Source: Mobula hypostoma (taxonomy: Eukaryota). From it: DNA of 64,000 bases. The notes beneath the pieces are model-generated. The model worked only from the letters and a program-made list of their open reading frames with translations. It ran no database searches and was not told the origin of the DNA. Shown here in pieces: positions 52,411-64,000 of the stretch. The position numbers and the translations under genes are program-made. The stretch is taken from assembly GCF_963921235.1 (NCBI RefSeq), contig NC_086109.1, positions 19,408,001-19,472,000 on the forward strand, written 5' to 3'. Numbering within the stretch: the stretch's first letter is position 1; every line of letters begins with the position of its first letter.

Positions 52411-52510
52411 AATCCTGATGAAGGGTCTCAGCCCAAAACATTGACTGTTTATTCATATCCATAGATGCTGCCTGACCTGCTGAGTTCCTCCAGCATTTTG
52501 TGTGTGCTGC
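52411..52510 (+). mobile_element. Solo Penelope hammerhead cassette, CpG-decayed
   Basis: CTGATGA-AGGGtctcagCCC-aAAA-CaTT-GACTG plus the shared tail; both lesions are CG>CA. Confidence 0.8.
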
Positions 52511-54289
52511 TTCACATGCATGTGATATTTTTTCAGATACCCTTTTACACAAATAGTCTAAAAGCTTCTGGCGACAGTGCTCCCAGATGCCCACAATTAA
52601 TGCTGTGAATCTGATTGTCTGAGCACACAAATCTTCCAACTATTGATAGATCAGGTATTTGGTGTGCAAGCTTCCTTGAATTAAATAATTTAGCCAGCAT
52701 TATCTGGTTTGAAACAAGCCAATTAACATAACCCCATAGTCTTACACTGCATCTCTTGAACAGTTAGCCCAGGTGATGTGATGTCTGTGTTCTATAGATA
52801 GTGCTGTTTGTTTGAAAAGCTCTCCATTTAACTTCAGACTGATTATTGCTTGGCATTTACAATAGGAATTGAAGACTGGCTACCATTTATGACAAGGAGT
52901 TGAACAAAGAATATTGCTTGGAAGTTTAACTTACTCAGAAATAACTCTTTGATCTCTACAAGTGTCAGCTGCTATGTTAGAAAGCTGAGCTTGGCAAAAA
53001 AACAAAAGCTCCATGGACCTGGACAGTGAATATCCATCACAAAACTTGGGAGGGCAGTTTACTAGAATGTGCTGCTGGTGAGCTGGAGGCAAGGTTTGCA
53101 CTAATGGACCAATTAACCACCCCTTTTCAACATCTTTCTCTTTGTCAGTTTTCCTTATAGGAGTGGTCATTTCCAAGACAGTTCCTGACCATTTCTGCCC
53201 CAACCCTGTCTGGGGCTATTCTGTAGGTGGCAAGTACTGGAGTCAGTTCTGTTGACAGGAACCTAAGTGCAGTCAGAATATTGCGACATTAAGTTCCAGC
53301 TGAGAATCCTGGACTCATATATTATCTCGCACTCTACATTCCAGCACGTATCTTCTGAAATTTTCCCTTCCCCCATCCCTGCCACATTCTCTATTCTGCC
53401 ACCAGACTGTAAGTACCAGAACTGTTCATTGCTACTGTAAGAGACCTTCCATCATGTGGACGATGATCTGTAAGTACAGAATATGTCACTGAGTTGTGCT
53501 GACACTCAAGTGAATGCAGAGGTGACTACTCCTTACACTCATAATAATTTACTTATTTATTGAGATATAGCATGGAATAGGTTCTCTTGGCCCTTCAAGC
53601 CACACTGCTCAGCAATTCCCCAATTTAATCCTAGCCTAATCACAGAACAGTTTACAATGACCCATTTAACTTACCAACCAGTATGTCTTTGGACTGTTGG
53701 AGGAAACCGGAGCACCCAGAGGAAATCCACGCGGTCACGTGGAGAACTTACAAACTCCAATATTCAATTCACTCAATATCTATTTGCTGTATTACTCAGA
53801 GAACCATCATGGAGATAGTTCCTACATTCGACTTGCCTGAAGCTTCATTTGTAAGGATTTTAAAAAATGTTCTCTTGATTTTGACGGGTCATGTTTATTT
53901 GGCCTGCAATCCTACTGGATGATGTTTCATCTCTGACATTCTCCTACCACACAGATCATTTATAAGCTATGGTGATTTGGACTATGAGACAATTCTGTTG
54001 AAAAGCACACTTGGTTTCAAGATTCACACACTCGCTGAATTACCCAGTCAACCCTTTCTACTGAAGGTACTGCCTAGGGTCTGATCATAATCTAAATTAG
54101 AGGAAATAGGTTTAGGATAAGGGGTAAGAGGTTTTAGATAGGACTTTTCTAGAAGGCCGTTGGAAATTGGAATGTACCTCTTGAGTAGGTGGTAAAGGTA
54201 GGTACTCTCCCTCTGTTCAATTAGATGAGCACCTGAGTTGCCAAGGTTTGGACCAAGTGCTGAAAAATGGGATTAGTATAAGATAAAAT

Positions 54290-54613
54290 AAGATCAGTTT
54301 CATTTGTCACGTGCTCATTGAAACGCTGAAGCACCCAGTGGAATGCATCATTTGGATCATTGACCAAAACAGAATGAATATGTGTGTGGGGAGGGGGGGT
54401 AGCCAGCAAGTGTCGTCATGCTTCTGGTGCCAACGTAGCAATGTAACTTACTAATCATAACCCGTACTTCTTTAGAATGTGGGAGGAAGCCAGAGCACCC
54501 GGAGGAAACCCACGTGGTCGCAGGGAGAGCACGTAAGCCCTTTGGATGCAGCAGTGGGTATTGAACGCCAGTCGCTGGCACTGTTAAACATGACACTAAC
54601 CACTGTGCCACCC
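54290..54613 (-). mobile_element. V-SINE-type element (representative; related copies at ~3700-4030, 4080-4355, 24920-25170, 25450-25750, 28200-28415, 44900-45230, 53550-53760, 56570-56822)
   Basis: V-domain core gtgggtttcctccgggtgctctggcttcctcccacattc on the minus strand with a tRNA-like head ggtggcacagtggttag. Confidence 0.8.
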
Positions 54614-54854
54614 TAAATGGAGATACAAGAGTTCCATGGGCATATTGGACTGAAGGGAATATATCTCTGCTCTCTGATCCAATGACTTGGACTCTATACC
54701 TTCCTACTGTTATACAGAGCCTTGGAGAATCCAGACCCGGAGGGTTGGTCTTGCTAACTACTTGCCATAGTATGGGTGCAGCTCACCAGACTAATTCCTG
54801 GATAGCAAGACCACTGTAAGTGAAGACGATGAGATGACTAGACTTGTTCAGAAG

Positions 54855-55152
54855 TAAAGGCATCCATTAGTCTTGCGAGACCATGGATCTGCACCTGGAA
54901 AGTCTTCACAGGGCGCAGGCCTGGGCAAGGTTGTATGGAAGACCAGCAGTTGCCCATGCTGCAAGTCTCCCCTCTCCACGACACCGATGTTGTCCAAGGG
55001 AAGGGCATTAGGACCCATACAGCTTGGCACCAGTGTCGTCGCAGAGCAATGTGTGATTAAGTACCTTGCTCAAGAACACAATACGTTGCCTCGGCTGGGG
55101 CTTGAATTCACAACCTTCGGGTCGCTAGTCCAATGTCTTAACCACGTGCCCA
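54855..55152 (-). mobile_element. tRNA-derived SINE with LINE-like tail, inside a CR1 remnant
   Basis: Minus head gtggttaagacattggactagcgacccgaaggttgtgaattcaagcccc; possible TSD CAGAAG at 54849-54854 and 55153-55158. Confidence 0.65.
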
Positions 55153-56354
55153 CAGAAGAATGAAAGGGAATCCCATTGAGGTGTGCATAATTCTGACAGA
55201 CTGGATATGAGGAGAATGTTTCTGATGGCTGGAGTGTCTAGAATGAGGGATCACAACATTAGGTTACAAGGGCAAGAGATACAAGACTTTGATGAGGAGA
55301 AATTTCCTTTCAAAGAAAATGGTAATCCTATGGAATTTGGTACCACAGACCCAAGCTGCTGAATCCACACCTCTGCAAATGGAGACCGAAACAAAATAAC
55401 CTTGAAAATAAAAGTAAGAGCTGGAATCACAAACCTACTTTATAAACCAGCGCCAAAAACTCAGTCCAGATGAAACAACTCAAGCTGAAATGTCAATCCA
55501 TTTCCCTTCACAAATGCAGCTTGATTTGTGAGCTCCTCCAGTTTCTTGATTTGTCGATCCAGGTTCCAGCGTTTGTATTCTCTCGTGACTCTGCTTTGAA
55601 AACATATTTTGCTCATTCTTGCCCTTTTAAGGAAGGAATCCTGAGAAGCCCACCCATCCCAGGCTGATGTGTAACTATGGCTGAGTCATACCTGGTTCCC
55701 AAAGTGGAACTGAGTTGTACCAGTGTATTGAGTAGGAGCAGTAGAGCATGAGTAACTTCACCACACAGCCTGCAGTGGTTCAAGAAGGCAGCACACTACC
55801 ACCTTCCCAAAGCACATTTAGAGACAGATATAATTGCTAGCTTGCCACCAAAGCCCACATCCCGGGAGAGAATAAAAAGAAAGTCACAAGCTTCTAGCTT
55901 GCGAGACGCTGCCCATTCATTCAGGCTTCAGCAATGAAAAGCACTTTTAATGCCGGCAGAGTCTGGACAGTTAAATAACTGCCTTCTGCTCCCGCGATGA
56001 GAAGACAATCAGTGCAGGGCGCAGAGACAGGCAGTTTAGAGATACACAATTAACCTGCATGGCGCGTTGAAAGTACTAAACTAGGACAAACCTCTATGCA
56101 GCTCAGCCTGACCTTCCTGAATCATTGATTCACCATTTTCATGAAAAATTCTGATGCTTAGAGCCCTCTTGTGATTTCCTGTCACAGGCTGAAAGGAATT
56201 GTAATGCTGCCAAGGCAATAAGAAACGTGGGGTTGGCTAGATTCCACTTTCAATTACTTCTCCTTCCCCGGTTATACTTTCTCATGATTGCTGTTTTGGT
56301 TCTTCTCTCACAAGTTTAACAGTTTGGAGATCTGGTCCCACTCTCTGCTTAGAG

Positions 56355-56436
56355 CAGGGGTTCCCAATGTTCTTTAATGCCATGGACCAATACCACTGAG
56401 CAAGGGTTCCATGGACCTCCAGGTTGGGGACCCCTA
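56355..56436. mobile_element. hAT (Charlie-like) MITE; related copies at ~33979-34044 and ~51230-51266
   Basis: TIRs CAGGGGTTCCCAA / TTGGGGACCCCTa; 8-bp flanks gcttagag and gtttaaag (6/8 identical). Confidence 0.7.
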
Positions 56437-57084
56437 GTTTAAAGTGACTGGGTAGCCCTTCCTTCTATCTATTCTGTGCAAACCATTTACTGCTTTATCC
56501 CATGGACCTACACCCAGACCATATCCATTAACACCCCTACTATCCATGTACCTATCCAGATTCTTATGTTTTATTTATTTGTCTATCTATCTAACGATTG
56601 GTTAAAATACGGGGTGGAATAGGCCTTTGCAGCCTAATCACAGGACAACTTACCAACCGGCAGGTTTTTGGACTTTTGGACTGCAGGAGGAAACGGGAAC
56701 GCCCAGAGGAAACCCGCACGGTCACGGGGAGAACGTACAAACTCCTGACAGTAGCGGGAATTGAACGTGGGTCACCGGCACTGTAAAGGGTTGTGCTAAT
56801 CACTATATTACCATACCACCCCTGGGAACCCCTGCTCTAATTTGAACATGGGTGGAGGATAACGGTATGACGGACAGCAGTAGATGAGAAAAGGGTATTT
56901 TGGTGGAAGGTTGCACCAAATGATAACAAGAATGGAGGACAATTGGAAACAGCAGAAGTGCAAACAGCAATATTTGAAATTCTTACCACGTGTTCTTGGG
57001 ACGGAAGCAAAATGAGCATTTTAGTTCAATCATCAGTGAGAAGGAGCTGAGAAAGGGAGCGTTCTTTAGACTTGACAGGAGAAA

Positions 57085-57892
57085 TGACAGTGTCAGATGG
57101 TAATATTTCCTTTGCGCTGTGTACTGTAAATATGCTTGATATGCAATAGACATATCAGACAGAAATATGTCACATTGTGAACTTAGAAGCTGATATTTAC
57201 ATTGTCAGACTGAATCGTCTCTAACTGTACATTGCACTTATCTGTGGACTGACGCAAATATACAATGTCAGGCTGTAACATCTCTCAATGTATATTGTAC
57301 AGGTATGAACTGATATAGAGAGGCAGCATCAGACCCTGATGAATATACCATGTGTGAATAGCTGCCACAACATTATATCAGACGGCAAAGTTTCCCCTTG
57401 TGTTCTGGATGTGCATAAGAGTTAATGCAGAGAAATAACCATGGATTACAATCTTTTCCTTTACGTGGTGTACATGCCCAAGAGCTAACACAGACTCTCA
57501 GCAATACTTCCTATTGTGGCTGACTGTCACACAATATCTTGACAGCAATGTTCCCCCATTGCGTTGTGTACATGTCAAGGAGCTAGTACAGGGGACCAGT
57601 ATCAGACAACTGTGTTTTCTATTATGTACTGTACACAGCCAGGAGTTGACACAGAGACACCACATTATTAGATTGCACTATCTCCAAATGTGTACTACAG
57701 ATGTGCAAGAGCCAACACAGAAATACACAAGATCAAACAACACTGTTTCCCACTGTGTACTGTACATGCGGAGGAGCTGATACAGAGAAACACAATACCA
57801 TATGGGTATGTTTTCAATCCATACTGTGCACGTACATGAGCTGATACAGAGACTCACAATACCATGTGGGAGTGTTTCCCATTGTGTACTGA
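57085..57892. repeat. Degenerate ~64-bp tandem array (about 12 units)
   Basis: GAGCTGAtACAGAGA-like markers at 57580, 57643, 57709, 57774, 57838 (spacing 63-66), each followed by acaata.cagac...tttccc.attgtgtactgtacatg-like sequence; more decayed units to the left. Confidence 0.8.
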
Positions 57893-58807
57893 AGATCATC
57901 TCTGCTTGAATAGCAGTCATGATGCATTTGCTTTCTCTGCAGAAGAACACAGCTCCCTAGCCACCCAAAACAAAACGTGAAAAATCTCTCTAAACTGGAT
58001 TGAGATGAAAATACAGCAAGAGTCTTTTCCAAAATAAATACCCGATATGACAGGAATATGAGAGCTTTTGGGTGTTATCACAGTAAAGGAATCAGAGGAG
58101 TCAGATTTAAGAAGATATTCTTTCACTTTTTTTCTTATGACTTGAGCAACATTGCAGCCAGCACACATGGCTTTTAAATGTTAGATCTAGCGCTATAATT
58201 TCAAAGGACATGCAGCGATAGCTTTTTTTTTAATTTTTGGAGATTTTTACACAGACGATCATTAATTCCAAACACTGAATCCTTGTGAGAAGCCGGGTGG
58301 CATTTTCATTTCAGAATTAAAGAACTCAATGTGTTAGTATGAATCTGTGGGAGTGAGCTATTAATATTTGTGTTTATTCCTTTTTATCTTTGACAAGGAT
58401 TGATTCCTGAAATGAAAGTAATGTCCCATTAGTGGAAGAGAGTAAAGGGAGATTGATTAGAATGGCTGTTTGTTTTCTGGCGTTCAGAAGAATGCTAGGA
58501 GATCTCATTGAAACATACAAAATACTTTGGCAGGGAGGATGCTGACAAACTATACCCCCTGAACGGAGAGTGCAGAACCAAAGGTCACAGACATCTGGTA
58601 AGCATCAGCTACTTACGATTATTTTTTCCATAAGAGACGGACAGCTCCACCTCAGAGGGCCTTGGCTGTTCAGTCATATTATATTCAAGCCTGAGAGTGA
58701 CAGACATTTGGGCAAAGTAGGAGATTGGATTAGGGGAGTGAGGTGCTATTTCACAGAGATACTAATCATACTGGAAGTTGAAGCTTGATAAAGGAATTAT
58801 ACAATCA

Positions 58808-60357
58808 CACTTAATAACTTCTCTTTTGGCTCTTCCCACTTTCTTCAGACCGAGGGTGTAGCTATGGGCACTCGCATGGGCCTCAGCTATGCCTGCCTCT
58901 TTGTTGGTTATGTGGAACAGTCTATGCTCCAAACTTATACTGGTACTGCTCCCCAACTTTTCCTTCGCTACATTGACGACTACATTGGTGCTGCTTCCTA
59001 CACCCATGCTGAGCTCGTCAATTTCATCAACTTTACTTCAAACTTCCACCCAGCCCTCAAATTCACTTGGTCCATCTCGGACATTTCTCTCTCCTTTCTC
59101 GATCTCTTGGTCTCCATCTCTGGAGACAGACTGTCCACTGACATCTTTTATAAGCCCACTGACTCTCATAACTACCTCAACTATACCTCTTCCCACCCTG
59201 CAACATGCAAAAATGCCATTCCCTATTCCCTGTTCCTCCGTCTCCGCCGCATCTGCTCCCAGGATGAGGCTTTCCGTTTCAGGACATCTCAAATGTCCTC
59301 TTTCTTTAAGGATCATTGTTTCCCTTCTGCTGTCATCAATGATGCCCTCACCCGCATCTCCTCCATTTCCTGCATTTCAGCCCTCACCCCATCCTCCCGC
59401 CACCCCGAAAGGGACAGAGTTCCCCTTGTCCTCACCTACCACCCCACCAGCCTCCGGATCCAGCACATTATCCTCCTTCAACAGGACCCCACCACTAAAC
59501 ACATATTTCCCTCTCCAATTTCCGCAGGGATCGTTCCCTCCGCGAGTCCCTGGTCCACATGTCCCTCCCCATGGATCTCCCACCTGGCACTTATCCCTGT
59601 AAGGGTAAGTGTTACACCTGTCCCTACACCTCCTCTCTTGCCACCATTCAGGGCCCCAAACAGTCCTTCCAGGTGAGGCAACACTTCACTTGTGAGTCTG
59701 TTGGGGTCATCTATGCATCCGGTGCTCGCAGTGCAGCCTCCTCTACATCGGTGAAACCCGACGCAGATTGGGGGACCGCTTCGTCGAGCACCTCCGCTCC
59801 GTCCACCACAACAGACAGGATCTCCCGGTTGCCACTCACTTCAACTCTGCTTCACATTCCGCTTCGGATATGTCCATACATGGCCTCCTCTACTGCCATG
59901 ATGAGGCTAAACTCAGGTTGGAGGAGCAACACTTCATATGCCATCTGGGTAGTCTCCAGCCCCTTGGTATGAACACTGAATTCTCCAACTTCCAGTAATT
60001 CCCTCCACCTCCCTTCCCCCATCCGTGTTTCACACTGCCTCCTCCCCCAGCTGCCTACCACCTCCCTCATGGTTCCGCCTCCTTCTACTACCCATTGTGT
60101 TTTCCCCTATTCCTTCTTCACTTTTCCTGCCTATCCCCTCCCTGCTTCCCCTCCCCCACCCCTTGATCTTTCCCCTTACTGGTTTTTCACCTGGCACCTA
60201 CCAGCCTTCTTCCCACCCTCCCCCTACCTTTTTTATAGGGCCTCTGCTCCTTCCCTCTTCAGTCCTGACGAAGGGTTCCAGCCTGAAATGTTGACTGTTC
60301 TTTTCCACGGATGCCGCCCGACCTGCTGAGCTCCTCCAGTGTGCTGCGAGTGTTGCA
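58808..60357 (+). mobile_element. Penelope-like retroelement, 5'-truncated and frameshifted (RT + GIY-YIG endonuclease + pyrimidine-rich 3'UTR + hammerhead cassette)
   Basis: RT motifs QTEGVAMGTRMG, RYIDD, FLDL, YKPTD (ORF 58864..59676). CKGKCYTC linker, VIY...LLYIGET-RRLGDRFVEH, PVATHFN and LEEQH...LGMN lie across frames 59559-59998; stop at 59996-59998. Confidence 0.9.
60260..60297 (+). ncRNA. Minimal type-I hammerhead ribozyme motif at the Penelope 3' end
   Basis: CAGTC-CTGACGA-AGGgttccagCCT-GAAA-tGTT-GACTG: stem I CAGTC/GACTG, core boxes CUGANGA and GAAA, stem II AGG/CCT; the palindromic helix III (AACGTT) carries a CpG-type C>T change. Confidence 0.75.
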
Positions 60358-60614
60358 TTATGCAACCTCCTCTTGACCCTTCTCCTTGTACTCCAACGTG
60401 CTGATCTTGTTCTTTGAGTTCTGCTCTATTACAATATCCACTTTCTTTCCCGACTTTCAAACCATAAGCAATCACCTGGCCAATACTCAGATTTATCAAG
60501 GCAAATTTTGCTATCGATACGTGGTCAAGTCAAATGACACTCCCCTGTGAACTTGGGCTAAAAAGTGTTGTGATAGTATGTAACCATCCAAAGTTACTGT
60601 CCGAGTTTCATTGC

Positions 60615-62460
60615 TCAAAGTTTCAAATAAAGTTTATGATCGAAGTATGTACACTGTATGTCACTATATACCACCTTGAGATTCATTTTCTTGTGGGCAT
60701 ACTCACCAAATCTAAAGAATAGTAATGAATGATCAACCAGAATGCAGAAGACTACAAACTGTGCAAATGCAGATATAAATAAATAGCAATAAATAACGAG
60801 AACATGGGATAATGAAACAGAGTCCTTGAAAGTGGGGACATTTCAATGAAGGGGCAAGTGAAATTGAGTGTAGTTATCCCCTTTTATTCAAGAGCCTGAT
60901 GGTTGAAGAGTAGTAACTGTCCTTGAACCTGGTTTTGTGAATTCTGAGGCTCCTATACTTTCAACCTAATGGCAACAGTGAGAAAAGAGCATGACCTGGG
61001 TGGTGGGGAAGGCTTCATCAGTGATGTACTGAGCCAAATCCACTAACTTTTGTAGGATTTTCCATTCAAGGCATTAGTGTTTCCATATCAGGCTGTGATG
61101 CAGCCAATGAATTTCCTCTGCACTTCATATCTATAGAAGTTTTTTAAAGTTTTGGATGTCATGCTAAATCTCAGCAACTCCTGAGGAAGTAGAGGAACTG
61201 CTGTGCTTTCTTTGCAATTGGACTTACATGATTGGTCTAAGACAGGTCATCTGAAACAGTAACACTCAGGAATTTAAAGTTGCTAGTCCTCTCCTCCTGT
61301 GATCCTCCATTGAGGACTGGGTCATGGACCTCTGGATTCCCTCTCCTCAAGTCTATAATCAATTCCTTGGCCTTGCTGACATTAAGTGAGAGGTTGTTCT
61401 TATGACACCACTCAGCCAGATTTTTCAAACTTTCACCTATATGCTGACTCATCACCATCTATGATTTGGCCTTCAACAGTGGCGTCATCAGTAAACTTGA
61501 ATATGGCATTGGAGCTTTGCTTCACCACACGGGCATAAGTGTAAAGCAGGTAGAACATGGGCTTACCACACAGCCTTGTGATGCACCAGTACTGATGGAG
61601 ATCATGGATGAGATGTTGTTGCCAATGAGGAATCCAGGATTGATTGCACAAGGAGGTATTGAGGCCTAGATCTTGGAGCTTATAGATTAGTTTTGAGAAG
61701 TTGGTGGTATTGAATGCTAAGCTGTAGTCAATAAGGAGTATCCTGATATATGCATCTTTGCTGTCCAGATCTTCCAGGATTGAGTGAAGGGCCAATAAGA
61801 GAGCATCAACTGTGGACCTGGTGGGGCAACGTGGAGAGGATCCAAGTCACCTCTCCGTCAGGAGTTAATATGTTTCATTACTAACCTCTCAAAGCACTTC
61901 ATCACTGTGGATGTAAGTGCACCTTGGTGATAGTCATCGAGGCAGGTCACCACGCTCTTCTTGGGCTCCGCTATAATTGAAGCCTGCTTGAAGCAGGTGG
62001 GTACCACACACTCCCAAACTGAGAGGTTAAAGAATTCAGTAAACACACCAGCCAGCTGGTCAGCACAGGTCTTTAGTACGTGGCCAGTTACTCATCCAGT
62101 CCAGGTGCTTTCCATGAATTCTCCTTCCTGAAGGCAGCACACGCATCATCTTCAGAGACTGAGATCAGAGGATCATCAGGGCATGTGGGGGTTTGTGATG
62201 GTTTCTCCATTTTATGACGGCCAAAGGAGCATACGAGGCATTGAGCTCATCTGGAAGTGAAGCTCTGCTGTCTCACATGTCATTTCATCTAATTTTATCA
62301 GAGGTGAAAGAATTCAAGCCCTAGCACAGCAGCCAAGCATCCTTTGTTGATTCAAGTTTGGTCCAAAATTTCCACCTCATCCGTGAAATTGCTTTCCGGA
62401 AATCATACCTGCAACTCTTGTAGCTTTCTTGATCTCCAGACTTGAATGGCTCTATCATTC
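60615..62460 (-). mobile_element. Rex1/Babar-like LINE fragment
   Basis: Minus ORFs FTEFFNLS...VPTCFKQASII..PKK...[44 protein letters not shown]. Confidence 0.88.
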
Positions 62461-64000
62461 ACTTTGTGAAAACCTTCTTTCACCCTGAGCTTTCCAATTT
62501 GTTTAGGCAGTGCTGCAGATATCCATTGGCCATTAGTTATTGTAATTGAGTAATGGCATAATAAGTGCTTATTACCCTCAATCTATATCTTTGGCAACAA
62601 AAAAAATCAAATTCAGCAGTTCATGTCATCAGGTTTAAACTCACTTCAAAATATAATTTTTTTTGTTATTTTCCTTTATTTCTGTCTTTCTCACCCTCTT
62701 AGTTAATATAATTTTTCTTTTCTATTTTTATTTCTATTTCAATTCTGATTTGGTATTGAATTTGGTATTAAATGAGTAAGAATTCAGTCTTACTCCCACA
62801 TTTCCCTGCAGCAAATTACAACTCCAGAAAACTGGTGATTTATAGAATTTCCTTGTTGCATCTATCACCAATGTGCTTCAATCCTACAGACCCCTCCTTT
62901 GTACTGTTATATATTGGCAAACTTTCTGTCCCTCTCAACCCTGAGGCAGAGTCTTGATTCAAAATGTTGATTTACATCTTTTGCCTCCACAGATGCTGCT
63001 TGACCCACTGAGTTCTTCCATTGTTCTGTTTTGTTTCGTTCTACCCTCTGTTTCCCTGCCTCTTGGTACTAGCTTATACTTCCTTTGTAGAAGCCAAGAA
63101 TCAATAAATAGGAGACCCAAGCTAGTATCAGAATCATTGTGGAAAATGACATTAATTATCTAAAAGTAAGATTCCATTCATTGCATTGGTCTGGGAGTGC
63201 TACGTACTGTACGCCAGCCAGGTATAGAGTCTTCACTATGGTTCACTACATGCTAACAACTTAGTCAATCAAAGACAGCACCAGCCTGTGATGAAGGGAG
63301 TGTAGTGGAGGGACTTAGAGCCTGTGAACAATTGACAGAATTTGAACAGAAGCAAGAGCAGGAGGAACAGTGTGGTTTCCTAGCAGAAGAGACATGCATT
63401 ATCCACATCAGATATATTGGGCTTCTTATGACAAGCCTACGTTGTCATGGTTCCCAAAGCAAAATAAGTGATCCTCTTCATGGCCCAATAGTTACTAGCA
63501 GCATAGTGCAGATGATCCTTTCATTATGGCCATTCATTATGGCAGATGTTCACCCACACAGAAGTTATAAATTACTTCCCGTAAGTTTGAGATATGGAAT
63601 AAGATCCATTCAAATGGAAATTAAATGATTCAATGAAAATAAATAAACAGAAAATTTATATGTTTGAATTCACATTACTTGTTGTAGGTGCAGATGATGG
63701 GGGTTCCTATAATGAAAAATGGGAATATATACCATTTATTAGTAATGCAAACCTCCCCATTACAAGGGCCCACCTGTACAACAGTAACGTGGCAGGGAGC
63801 TTAAGTGGCATCAGAACTATCGCACAATGACAAATGAATCCTTTATCCAATTGTTGAAATGGTTTATCACAGCTTTTCCATGAGCTATGGCTCACCATGA
63901 TTTTTTTTTGTAAGGAAGTAGGATTTATTTATAAATTGCTTCGTTGAGCGGAGTTTCTTGAACAGTCACTTCCCATCACACACTGTGTTCCTGATAGCCC

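Noticed and set aside
56868..56880. CGGACAGC RE1 right half-site
   Set aside because: No left half-site at a usable spacing; expected by chance.
57085..57892. Tandem array as a CRISPR-like repeat-spacer locus
   Set aside because: Whole units are homologous rather than repeat plus unique spacer; eukaryotic intron; no cas genes.

Overview
Vertebrate genomic DNA; the repeat landscape suggests a cartilaginous fish, probably a ray (inference). The only host gene I can support is the large first coding exon of a Shal/Kv4 voltage-gated K+ channel, best matching KCND3/Kv4.3 (ATG 13050 to splice donor after 14161). It lies in a ~5.8 kb island with no recognisable transposons and relatively many CpGs, containing candidate 5'UTR exons, a short uORF and a near-consensus RE1/NRSE (REST) site about 1 kb into the intron. 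The remaining ~50 kb is intron, with no canonical next exon (YGDMVPKT...) seen. Intron and upstream flank are full of decayed mobile elements: CR1, Rex1/Babar-like, L1-like and RTE-derived LINE pieces, V-SINE and Deu-type SINEs, Tc1 and mariner remnants, hAT-type MITEs and a tRNA-Leu(TAA) pseudogene. A Penelope-like element (RT + GIY-YIG) ends in a minimal type-I hammerhead ribozyme, and the same cassette or its tail recurs about ten more times, often as inverted pairs. Repeat boundaries are read by eye and are approximate unless a TSD or TIR is quoted.
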